Assembly (NCBI GenBank): GCA_035084275.1
Contig: CM068749.1
Coordinates: forward strand, 17,608,001 to 17,672,000
Reading direction: 5' to 3'
DNA: 64,000 bases
DNA from: Hydrolagus colliei
Taxonomy: Eukaryota
A program made the position numbers and the translations under genes. The notes under the pieces are model-generated. The model was not told the DNA's origin. It searched no databases and saw only the letters and a list, made by a program, of their open reading frames with translations. Within the stretch, counting starts at the first letter, position 1. Each line of letters begins with the position of its first letter. Positions 10,321 through 22,500 of the stretch are shown in pieces.

Positions 10321-13300
10321 AACAGATTGTTCTATGGGTTTTAAACTCTATGGGTTTTAAACTCTTGAAATTGAACTGGTACATCCCAAACTTAGCAGTA
10401 TAGCAAGGTCTTAATGTATTGGATAATTAAATTAGGTGTTCAAATGGGATTTATAGATATTTGAAGGTGTAAAATCTGAATATCTAACTTTTATAGGCAT
10501 GGTCAAAAAAGACTGAAATAAATCATTTCATTTCTGTTTGTGTGGGTGTGTCTCTTTGCAATGGTCCTGTAACAATATGTGATGTATTAAATAATGCTGA
10601 TAAAAAAAATTAATTAGATACAGAGCTTAAACATGGCTTCAATAAAATTGTTTAAGAGCTGCATGGATTGTATTAGTATCAGGTTCTCAGTTATTCTCCG
10701 ACAGTGGAGAAACTAAGTAAGGATGCTAAGAAATATGGAGAAGAGGAGGGGAAACAGAATTAGGCTTGCTGATGACTAAATAGTGATCAGGCTTGATGGC
10801 CTAAATGGACCACTATGTGTCTACGCAAGTGTAGAGACTCTTGAAATACGCAGTGCTGTCATTTTTAGATAAAGTTAGCTTGCAACTACCGATTAAAATA
10901 CTCAAGAATAAGAAGTCCAGCTTTGCGCTTTTCTCATGGACTTCAGTGATTATTGAAAACTAATTCCAGCAGTGGGCTAATGAGGATCATAAAATAAGTG
11001 GTCATAAAACGTTGCTGGAATAATCCATGCGTGTGGTGTAAAGCGTCTAAAAAAATCTTTATATTTTTCCAGGTACAAGCAATTGGAATCAACTTCTGGC
11101 AGCATAATTTTGGCTCTATAAATCTTTTGCAAAATGCATTTATTTCCTTGTACGGTTTACTGGATGTTTCTAAGGTGATTCAAAAGAAGGGATTCCTAAC
11201 ATTATTGTCACAGCTTGTTAATATTTACATATATTTACTCTGATATTTGGATGTTTAGAAATGACATAAAGTTCAATAACAGGTCAGTTGCCAACCATTA
11301 GATTTAGGTTAAATTCTTGGTTGTTTCATAGCATTTTTTTTAGTATATTGTTTAAGAGTTGGCATGGATTGTAATAGTATTAGATTCTCAGTTACAGTGT
11401 CTACCAGTGAAGAAGGGAACATGGTAAGTTACAAGCTAAGGAAGATGAAGCAGAGTAAGGAAAATAGAACTAGGCTCACTAATGATTTATTGATATTATC
11501 CGCCATCATGTGAGCCAAAACCCCAACAGCTAATATGTTACCATTGTTACCATTTAAGTATCAAACCATGGTCACATACGCTTTCAGTATTAAGTCCTCA
11601 CAACATTTCCAGCAGTTTAATGTTGACTAAGTACTGTTTAATATCAAGGAACACAAATGGTTATTTCTGCAATGAATGCATAAAAAAATTCTGTATTGCC
11701 CTCTCCTGCAACTCTGCCTCTGCCCTCTGATGTAGGCTCTTCGCAGTCACCATGAGTGAAGTTTCACAGCCAGTTGATTGTGAAGCAGAGCTAGGTGTAC
11801 TAAAGCCTCCTTCATGCACCTTTGCTCACTACTGTTTAAACGAAACCCGGGGAGCATGGCTAAGTTTAAATGCCGGCCCAGTCTGGAAATCAGACTGGAG
11901 CTGTTAAACTTTCTCAATGGAAAGTGTTTGGGAAGAGCACAATGAGAAATTGTGAAAGAAACCAAAGATTTCCAACGTTGGGAGAAGTAGAGAAAAACAA
12001 TGGCTCACAAAGGCAATCTGGGCAGGCTTGGATTTAAATAGCACTTATAACAGTGAGATCTTTTTACAGCTTCAATGATAATGGCAGTTTAAAGGTTTCT
12101 TTAGTCATATTAATATTAAGAAATATTTCTATGACCCTTTACCCTTGATGAATTATGGCTAAATAAGTGCCACACAAACCATTAGATTCTCCCTTTTAAG
12201 GTGGATTGGGTCCAAACAGGCAAAAAGCTTTTTATTCATATCATCTTAGATCACGGTAACCAAGACAAAGTTGCAGCGATGACAAGGTCAAAAATATGAG
12301 AAAAATTAGAAGCTACGTACCACAGTAAGCACTTAAAATACTAAGCCAGCACATCAAATATCATAAAGTGCATTTCTAGCGTATTAACTTTAGTGCACCA
12401 AAGGAAGAAGAGAAAGCAAGAGTAATTCCATGTGCTGGATAATTCAAGCTTAAGATGTTTAGTTCAGCTTGCCTTGTTTGTTACTTTTGCTCTTGATCTA
12501 AATAAAAACAAATGATCTTCCTTTTCCACTCGTGTTGAATAATCATCCGTTAAGAAGGACTATTTGACAAAATGTTCATGAATCACTTCACACATCCTCC
12601 AAAATTAATGTATTGCAGCAGGTTTCAAATTTCATTCTCTGCTGTTGTAGTGTATATTTAGACATTCTGAATGATCTTTTTGAAATAAGGAACACAGTCC
12701 CTTGTTTTCAATTATGATTATCTTTAATCCTGCAGCGTCTTCTTTGTGCAATGTTTTGATGCTCGCTCTAAGGCGTGACATTGCATGCTTTGTAGCATAT
12801 TTTGCATTTACCTTTCTGCACTGTAGCTATGTGTCTGCACACAGTCTGTGAGCATGTAAAGTGACCTGTGCTGGAGTCAACTATGCCATAGTATACATCT
12901 AGATCCAGTTTTGAGGTAGCTATTAAACCGATCAGGTGCCCGGAGTAAGTTAGTTCATGTTTTTGTTGCATTGATGAGGTGCAAAGCATATAAAATGCAG
13001 CTGCACAGGAAAGAACAGGCAGGAATGTGACACGACACTTAAATTATAATTGATTTTACACTAAGATGACAACAACCCCAAGCAACATAATGTAAAATAC
13101 TCATTAATGCAGAGATTTACAAATTATAAGCAACTGTGAATTCAGGCTCTAAATGGGTGATTCACCTTTTTCTAAAAAGAAGGAGCAACACATTAATCAT
13201 AGTTTTTTTTTGAAAAAATGATACTACTGGAGCAGAAGTACACAGCCATTCACAAGGACGATTGGAGTAGAAAGGTAGGGAATGGCTATAATGAATATGT

Positions 13301-15074
13301 ATTCCCTGTGTACTGGATCTGCCACTTTGCATCAACTGTACCACCAATGCTTTGTGTTTAGAATCTGTATCTTGAACTTTAATACATTATTGAGTTTTTT
13401 ACCTTTCTTTTCTTAAAACTCCCCTTGACCATTGAAGCAAAATTCTGAGCGGGACAAACTAAAGCCTTAAATTCTATCCACTCTTAGCGTTTAAGACCAT
13501 TTTGTCTTGAAATATAATGTCATCTATAATTGTGGAAAACTCAGTCTTAATGCATTATGCTAACTAACCCGTTATGGATTTCTAATACAGTACTTCTGTT
13601 TTTACTTAAATATTCTAGAAGTTATTGTAAGTCTGTTGTGTTTTATTCATTCACGGATTGATGTTCCTCACATAGCCATCGAGTCTTGTCAACACTATTC
13701 ACTAAAAAATTGAATAAAGTGGGAGGCTTGGCTGCCTTCTTATTTTAATTGATTTAAGATCAGATTCCCTGATCTTCCGAGCACCAATGCCACAATTAAT
13801 GGGTTAGACAACAAACTACACAGAAATATGAAGTTGCTTCCAGAAAATGTAATATCTCAAAAACAAATTGATTTATTTTGCGAAGTGCTCTTAAAGTCAA
13901 CAAAAGAAAAATGTGTTCCATACAGTTTAATCTAGCTTTTGAATGAACAGTTGTTTCTTAATCCATGCTCTTCAAAATATGAGTCAAATGTCCTCTTGCT
14001 TGGGCTAAACAATTGTGCTTCAAAGGTTTATTGTGAAACATTCAATGATACCTGAAGAAAACAAAGCAGAGCTTTTTTTTCAACTAACTTTTCACATGAA
14101 GATGGTATCTGATGGATATGAACTAAAGTCTGTAAAAAGACTAATAATCATATCAAGGTTGCCATGTCAGCTAGTAATTTTAAATAACATGACTGGGATT
14201 TGCATGCCATGGTGTGCAAGTAGTAAGAAGCTAATGTTATTCTGCCATCATAAAGTACTAGAATGACATGACTTAATGTAATCTGTCATGTCATATGCTA
14301 ATCTTCATCCATTACTTGAGTGCTGTAAGTAAGTAGAAAGCATTTGGGTAAAATCCTTTTTAAATTCTCCAGGTACTACTTCTGTTGCTGGTCAGCCAAA
14401 ATGTTTTATTTTAAACAAAATGACACACGTTAGATTTAGGCACAGTTATCTAACAAGAACACCAGAGAGCAAAGATGGTAATTTTGCATGAAAATTATTA
14501 AAAAGAAATGCCCGTTATCATTTGTGAACAAGAATGTCCATAATAACACACGAGCCGTGCACCCAAAGAGTTACTATTGGGGACAGATAGGGTTAAAGTT
14601 ATTTAAAAGAGAATTAAAGTGGACTTCAAAACGAGGCCAAACCAAATGGAGTCTTGTGCTAAATTGTCATCTTCTCATCTGTGTTTGAGTACGTTCTCAT
14701 CTGTAGGTCTGATGGCTTTTACATAGGTTAAGTGATCTCCAAGTCAGAAGTGATTTTCGTCACATGTGGAATTGAAGAATGTAATTCCGTTTATAGAGGT
14801 GCCGAGTGTAAACAAATTGATAGCTGGGAGGGTGTTGCACATCAGAACACAATCAAACAGTTTAGATAATGTGCAAGTGGGTTATAAATGTCATCTGAAC
14901 TCTGCGATTGTCGGACACTGTCTCTGTATTGATTATTTACGGTAACGCAAACAAAGGGTTAAGCACTTCAGCAATACAAAGAGATACATTTTGGTTTTTG
15001 CACAAACTGCATTTGATGGGAATGTATTACGCACGTTTGACTAGCTCGACTCGCATTCCACATTGACATCATGG

Positions 15075-15224
15075 ACTAGATAAATACCTAAAAAAACAGT
15101 AGACTACAGGCGTATCGGGATAGGGCAGGTAAATGGGACTAAAAGGACTGTTCTTAAAAGAGCCGGCACAGACACAAAGGACCAAATAGCCTTCTTCTTT
15201 GCTGTCAATTTCTGTGGTTCTATG
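15075..15224 (+). mobile_element. Decayed CR1 3' end
   Basis: 'gggcaggtaaatgggact...aaagagccggcacagacacaaaggaccaaatagccttcttctttgctgtcaatttctgtggttctatg' matches the CR1 3' UTR at 9050-9115. Confidence 0.8.
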
Positions 15225-16292
15225 GGTGTACAATTTTATGTTGGCTGATGCATTCCGTGTGTACATAAGTGTCTGAATATAATTCACTTCAACAAAAGTT
15301 GATTTGAAATCTCCAAATCCTACCTCATTGGAGAGGAGGAGGTGGTAGCAGAATACAAAAGGCTGCCATTTTTGGAAAGATTGCTTCCATGCCATCAGCC
15401 TGCAAGTGAAGGTCATCATTTAGCACAGCAAGACTAATGGAACCTTAGAAAATAACTATTACAGTTGCTGGAGGAGCAGCAAATTTTTTTTTTGTTGGAA
15501 TGCAGTTTTAAGAGATTTTAAGATTTGTTTGCTGAACACATTTCGTCTGCGTGAAGAATTTTCAAACAGGATTCAACACGCCCTGGACCCACTGAGGTAG
15601 GAGAGTACAGCACTTACCGCTACTCACTTGGAGCACTCACTCAATGAGTCAATCAATGTTCAAAGTCAATTCTCAAGTCACAGCTGCTTTCCTGAGGAGA
15701 TGCCTCCTCACATCAGCTTCCAACATCCCTGTAGCAAACCAGAAGCCAAGGAGCAGTCCCCACTTTGCCTACAAAACTTCCACCGTGTTTTCAGTCGGGA
15801 TGCATGTGCTCACCTGCGTACCTGCCAAGAACAAACACATTTCCTGAAACAGGAAAACATTTTATCTATTAATGCGTTGCCAGGAATGTACATGTGTACC
15901 TGTTGCCAGGGCAGCACCAACAACACATCCATCATCATCAGTTCAAAAGTCAGCAAGCATATTCAGGAAGGGAAAATTGGCTTCACTGGTATGGTTGCTA
16001 GTCAGAGTAACTTGTAGATCTTGGAGTATATACTCACCGCCTGTTAATTTAAGCAATTTTCTCTTTGGCAAGTGACAAAGGGCATAGGCCACGGTCCATG
16101 GCTCCAGTGCCATGTCACCAAGCTGGTCACAAGTGAGGTGGAATGGAGATTGTGTTCAGGATTGATGAATTGCCACTGGCACAGATTCAGACCAATGCCT
16201 CCATCAATTAAGAACTAGACCAAAAGATTAAGTCTCAAGCTGTTTACTAAATACAAGCTTTTCCTATTGATTTAAGTGTCCACTCAAAACAG

Positions 16293-16350
16293 ATAATAAT
16301 AATAATAATCTTTGCATTTGATATGGGGGTGGGGGGTGGGGGGTGGGGGG
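16293..16350. repeat. SINE tail stub ((TAA)n plus 'tttgcatttgatat') abutting a G-tract repeat with G-quadruplex potential
   Basis: Four runs of 5-6 G separated by single T at 16325-16350. Confidence 0.7.
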
Positions 16351-18717
16351 CGTGTAAGGATGGAGAAATTATAATCTTGAACCCTCATAATGTTATTTGG
16401 AAATACAGATAGCTATTGCTATCTGATGCAAGCCCATTTTTTCTCAATTATGAAACATATCGGTGTTTCAGAATGGTTTGTGCTCTTGTCACCTTTAATC
16501 GCACTGCAGAGCATCACTTGTAGGTATTTGACACCCGATCCTCTTTTAATGCCTTCCTCAGGTTTCATAAATCATCAGTTAAATCTAAAGCGGAAACAGT
16601 GGGTGTCAAACCAATGTGTAGAACTAATCTACCACCTGTAAATTGTTTGGCAGAAGCTCTTCTGTGGTTTCTTCAGCGCCTGAGAATCCCAAACACCATT
16701 TTGACTCTTGTAAATGGACTCAGATGCAGCTGGAGTTTATTTATATCCTGCACTGTGATAAATCTTACTGAAATGTGGTAGTGTGTTACCCATTGTAGAA
16801 ACTAACCTGTTATAACATGATAGGAATATAAAATATGAACTGTGGTAATGCTAACCTCCATTTGCACTTACACGTGTGTGAAATGGCACACATTATATGC
16901 CCCCACTACATAGCACAACGCGAAATATACCTTGTGTAATGCCATTGAATCATCAATAACCAATGCAAAATATATTTAATGCCTTTGCAATCTAGGCCTA
17001 AAATCATTACAGACATTTAATAGTAACCAGGCAATTCAATGGAATCAGAGCCATAATGGTTAAAATACATTAAAAAGGATGAGATTTACAAGAGTCTAGA
17101 TCAGTGAGATCAGATTTTATTATAGGACACAATTATTTAGAATTTTGTTGTAAAAGAACAATTATCTAAATATGGCTCAAAAAGAAAGTTCATTCTAAAA
17201 TGATTAGTGAATTTCAGGATGTAAGGTTTACAATCATGTAATTGCTTTTTACCTACAGTGAGTCATAAGCTAAGAACTGAAAATGTTATCCATCCATTAT
17301 TATGGATAGTGCATTGTCCTTCACTTCTTTGTGTAGTGTCCATATTTTGAAAAATAGATCAGCCTAATACATCTTGATAAATAGGAGCGATCTTGTTCAC
17401 GACTGCTCGGGGATTCACTTCGTAGTACAGTATATATCTTTCTAAGTCCTGTCAGCCAGATGTCAGTCACAATCCAAACATTGTAAAAATATAAATAAGA
17501 TACCTTTATACATCACCTATGTATGCATGAGTCAGTCAAATGTTCAATAACATTTAAGAGGATACTATACTTGAGGCACATAACATCAAAATAATATTTA
17601 AGATGATTGAAAAGCTTTGATTTGGGAGTGTATTCTTTTAAGCTAAGTGCTCCGCAAGACCAGATAGAAATTCAATTGTTTAATTTATAAAAATGTTTTC
17701 TAACCAAAATTATATCAAATCTTTGTGTCTCAATAGAAAAACATGGAATTGGATTGTTGACCGGACCCCCTAATGTCAGAATGAAATCTAATTTTCCGAT
17801 GGCATCTCCACATCCTGTCTCACAAAATATAAAAGTATTGATACAATTGTAATGGATAATTTTCAAAAGCAGAAACCTGCTGTGCATGCAGTAAAAAATA
17901 GAACCAGTATAAAATGTGTGACATTACTGAAGCTGTGTCTTTTCTGTCCTTGCTATTACAGTCAATATTACCTTTGTTCAGATTCCATTACTGTCTTTCT
18001 TATAGAAGGGACTGCTTAAGTGTCATTGTGCCCACTTGGAAATAAAAACTCCATATTTTCTTGAATTTTCTTTTATACCAATGGACAATTAAACTACATT
18101 TGGTCAGTCTGGAAAGCACATTAAGCTGTGTTGGTGCAAATTGGATCTATCTTTTGTAAACTATTAATCGATGGGAAAAAACCTTTTGACCTTTTACCAG
18201 TCCAGAACAATGCTTTTAATCTTGCGAGGATTTCCCTAGTATGTCTGCACTCTATCTGCCGAGCCAACATCTTTCATGTTGTAAACATAAAGGCAATTTC
18301 AGATGGACTTATCACATTTTGTCAAATAATTTTCCCCTAAACAATTGATTTGCAATATAACACTGAAACCTGTAACACAAATAGGTATAGTCCAACCCAC
18401 TGATGACCAAATATAGGAAGAAAAGAATGGCACATTTTATTTTATGGATCACAGATTCACAACTACTGTATCAATTAAACCCAAGTCTGCTTGACATGTT
18501 ATTGCCTTAGTTACCTGAGTTAGTAGCATTAAGTATTCCACTGCAATGTTTATGCAAACTCTTTCAAGTATACATCAATGCTCTTGGCTGAAAATGCTAT
18601 TTAATAATTTCACAGTCAGCTTTCATGTATTCAGAATTCTTTCAAACTCCTACAGTTTGAAATATTCCTTGAGTTTATCCATAGTCCAATATGAATTGGA
18701 ATCAAAACTCTTTCACT

Positions 18718-19027
18718 CCTTTGGATGAGATGTTGCACCGAAGTCCCATCCGCCGGGTCAGATGGATGTTCAAAATCACAAGACTCTATGAATAGAGAAG
18801 GAAGAGCCTCCAGCTGTCTTGGCCAACAATCCCTCAGATAAAATTGGTCATCGGTGTCATGGCCGTTTGTGGGACATTACTGTGTGCAAAATTGGCTGCC
18901 ATGATTGCCTACAAAATACAGCCACTACATTTTACAGTAAAATCCTGTACCACTGAACACAAATAGGTAGTAATGTTTTGAGGTGTCCTCCCAACATGAC
19001 TGTTTCAAATCCAAGAATTATTATTAT
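18718..19027 (+). mobile_element. Old Deu-domain SINE, head missing
   Basis: 'ggatgagatgttgcaccgaagtcccatc...cagatggatgttcaaaatc...gtcttggccaaca...gtttgtgggacattactgtgtgcaaaattggctgcc'. Confidence 0.78.
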
Positions 19028-19137
19028 CCATTGTGTATTGTTAATATAATTTATTAGCTGTTTGTTCAAAAGCCGAGTTTAAGCTTTAAGCAATATTCTT
19101 GAAAAAAGCATCTTCTTTGCACAGATCATTATACCAG

Positions 19138-19250
19138 AATAATAACAACAAAATTATACTTGTGTAGCGCCTTTCACTTCCCGAGGGGTCGGGATCAGGG
19201 AGGGTGGAGGGCAGAGGGGAGAGGAGGATGACCTGTGTGTGATGGGAATG
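19138..19250 (-). mobile_element. Short L2 3' end
   Basis: 'aacaacaaaattatacttgtgtagcgcctttcac' followed by the purine-rich L2 3' region. Confidence 0.65.
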
Positions 19251-19730
19251 TTTGATGGGAAGCCAGTGGCATCCTGAATTTCAAGTATTTAGAAGAGGTG
19301 GTAATAGAGAAGGTAATGCTTTTTAATTACACTTTAAATAGTTTATTTACCAACACATTTCCTTGTCATGCTTTGCTGCCACTACACCTTGTATGAAAAA
19401 TATGAAATTCAGCACGTTGCATTTCAATTTTCCACAAGAATAGTGATATTCTCCAGCTTCCCAGCAGTGGGTAGGTTTCCTATCAGACATGGATCCATCT
19501 GGAATTGTACGTGGTCTATAGAATGTGGTTTAAAATGTCAGATGAGAAATGTAAAGCATGAATAGTTGTAAATCAACCCAAGTAAGAAGAAGAAGTTGTT
19601 GAAGCTTACATTTTATGGAACAATCCATTCATCTAGAGATTAGTACTGAGGCTCTTTAAAAAGACATATTCAAATAAAAGTTTACAGGTTGAACGCGGCA
19701 TTTCTCAGTAAATACAAATAATATTAACGA

Positions 19731-20033
19731 AAATAATCCTTGAATTTGATATAGCACTTTTTATGTCTTCTTGACATCTCAAAGCACTTCACAGAATATG
19801 CTGTGAAGTGAACCAACTGTATATTTTGTGGGCGAAATGTGGCAGCCGATTGCACACAGCAGCGTCGCACAAACAGCTGTGGATTGAAATGACCAATTTA
19901 TTGGTTTTATTGAGGGATTATTATTAGGTGTATGGAGTAAGGAAACTTGCCCAAGGTTGTGTCCTGCCTCAAATTGAACCCACGTCCTCTCGCTTGCAAG
20001 GCACGTGCTCTAACCACCGAGCTACAGGACTCC
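19731..20033 (-). mobile_element. Full-length tRNA-Ala-headed SINE
   Basis: Minus strand 'ggagtcctgtagctcggtggttagagcacgtgccttgcaagcgagaggacgtgggttcaatt', then the body and tail shared with the other copies. Confidence 0.93.
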
Positions 20034-21739
20034 ATGAATGCATCTAGATGTAAAAAGTAGAACAAGCCTAGAATATAATGCAGGATGGAACTTCAGTCCC
20101 AGGTTATCCTGCCTTAATTCAGCTAGAACACAGTCCAGGCTTTTGCCATTTTCACGTTTCTGCAGCTCACAGCTTGGCTCCAGCCATCTGGCCATGGGCC
20201 TGTGACGAGAATGGGCGACTCAAATCCTGGGTTGTTTTGTAGCATAGCTGTACAGGCCTAATAATTTGTATTGTCGAGATTGCTCCCAGCATGGCATGTG
20301 GCCTTCTGTACTGATTGATAACTTGCTTCCCTGCGCCTAAAATAAACTGCCTTTGTTTTGTCGAGCACTCTATCCGAACTTCATAATGATAGAGGTCAGG
20401 ACCTGCCCTGGAGAGAGACAGGCTCAAGAGGCAAGGACACCTGTTATGCATAGTATTGAGCTGCATAATAATGACTACTAGCCGACTGACAGATCATGAA
20501 ATTCACAGTAAACCACCGTGTACTTTATACTAATATTTCGTCGCCCCCTCCCCCCCATCCCCTCCGCCTAGGGGAGGGTGGGGTGGGGGGTCATTTTACT
20601 GGTTAAACCAGACCACTATTTACTTAAATTTTCCCTCCAGGAACTTCAGGATACGGAAGGAAGGTTGCTGCCCTTATGCAGAAATTACAATGTTGTTCTC
20701 CCAGAACAAAGAGAATTGGATGATAGTGTTTCAGGCGCTGAGGCAGAGAAGAGTGCTGGTCTGGTTGGAATTGCTATTTAGAACGGGGTTAAGTTCCTCC
20801 TCCAAGACTAAGTTAGCCATTTTCCTGTGAGCGATTCGCATAAAAGCACAATACAGCTGGGAAAATTTAATCTTCTGAGCCATGAGAATAGGTAGAGAAA
20901 TTCTGCTCTAAAATTACTATACTGATTTCAGCGCACATCAATATCCTAAGTACTACAAAGTAGTACATGTTTTCAATTTAGTCAGAATTCCACTTCATTT
21001 GTGTCCTATCAAACAATCTTTCCTCTCTTACTTTACCTTGTGGATGCCCTTTCATTGCGCCACCAAGTATTCAACAAATTTATGTGCATTTTTCTCACCC
21101 TCTGAAGCTCTGTCATGATCTTAACCAATTTTCTTTTCCAAGTGCGGCAGTTTATAATACATGTTCTTGAAATGCATGATCATGTAAGTTTCATTACCAT
21201 CAATCATTTATAATCTCCTCAGTCATTGCTGAACTTTATATACAGCTGACATCTCAATTGCATCTACCTCTCAAAAAAATGACTGTATATGTTTTCGTAA
21301 AAGATTACCATAGAAATTCAAGCAATACAGTTACCTGGGAATTTCAATGGTATTTAGTCTAATCTTAATCATTACAAGCTTTTTCCGTTTCGATTTGAAT
21401 CATCACTTCTCTTCTGCTCCATGATGAATGCTCCTCTCTGTAGGTAGCAGCTATCTTTATTGAAGAGGCTTGGGAGATGATTTCCACTAGTGCTACGATA
21501 ACACACAGAATTCCTGCTCCCATTTACAGGTCTGCCCGTCTAATTAAGGCAGGCTGCCTAGTGTGTCATCAGCAGTGCTTCGGTTTACTGTGGACGCACC
21601 TGCCTCAGGAACCGAACTACTGAGACTACAGGGAGGGTTGACTCTATTCCGATTTCTATTGCCAAGCTATTGAAACCATATATTGAAACCAGTTCAGCTC
21701 CAAGGAAAAGTCACTTACCTCCCCGCCCTCCCTATAGTT

Positions 21740-22500
21740 TAAAGCTGTAGTTGCTATCTTATCTAATCAATCTTGTAGCTCATTCCCTCCTAACACTGCA
21801 GATCAGATTCATTGCTCTTCCCTCCCTCAAACCCCTGGATGGTCCCTTATTTTATGTAGCAGTTACTGAACTGTACTCAGTTCTCCAGGTGTGGCCTAAT
21901 CAGACTATTACACGTTATCAATATTACTTCCGCAGATTTGAACTCACCTGGTTTAACAAAATCTAAACAGTACAACAACGCCTTCTTTTTGCTAAAGCTG
22001 TAAATCCAGCTCAGGTTGAAACCTTGGATGAAACAAGTTTCCTTACTCCACAGACCTGATAATAATCCCTCAAAAGAAACAAGAATAATAATTTCAATCC
22101 ACGACAGGTTGTGGGACACTGCTGTGTGCAAATGACTGCCGCGATTCACCCACAAATATACAGTCAATTCACTTTACAGTATATTCTGTGAAGTGCTTTG
22201 AGATGTCTAGAAGATGTGAAAAGTGTTATATCAAATGCAAGTATTACTATTATTATTATCTATATATATGCTAAGAATAGGAGGGGTCCCAGCAAGGTAC
22301 ACTCTACCTTCTCTCATTTCATTCTAACTTCCCCAACAACTACACTCAGCTTCCTTCCCTTTAGCCATTCCCATCTTGCCCTTCTTATTTGATGACAGTT
22401 TGTAAAGTAGTCTGTCATGTGCTAATTCATCAAAGGCCTTTCCGAAACCAGAGCACACAACGTCAAGATTTTCACAGGAACACAACACAAATGTACTTTG
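21740..22500 (-). mobile_element. Old decayed CR1 ORF2 fragments, interrupted by a SINE
   Basis: Minus-strand peptides NLDVVCSGFGKAFDELAHDRLLYKL (RT; compare VDVVYMDFQKAFDKVPH) and FKSAEVILITCNSLIRPHLE (compare YKSQEVLTNLYKALVRPQLE). Confidence 0.8.
22003..22259 (+). mobile_element. 5'-truncated tRNA-derived SINE inserted into the old CR1
   Basis: 'caagtttccttactccacagacctgataataatccctc...gtgggacactgctgtgtgcaaat...gtgctttgagatgtctagaagatgtgaaaagtgttatatcaaatgcaag' followed by (TAT)n. Confidence 0.9.

Noticed and set aside
15628-16017. 129-aa ORF
   Set aside because: No recognisable domain or splice structure, and the length is compatible with chance.
3380-21589. 15-bp exact inverted match between about 3380 ('cagtaaaccgaagca') and 21575
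   Set aside because: A few 15-mer matches are expected by chance in a 64-kb self-comparison, and the similarity does not extend.
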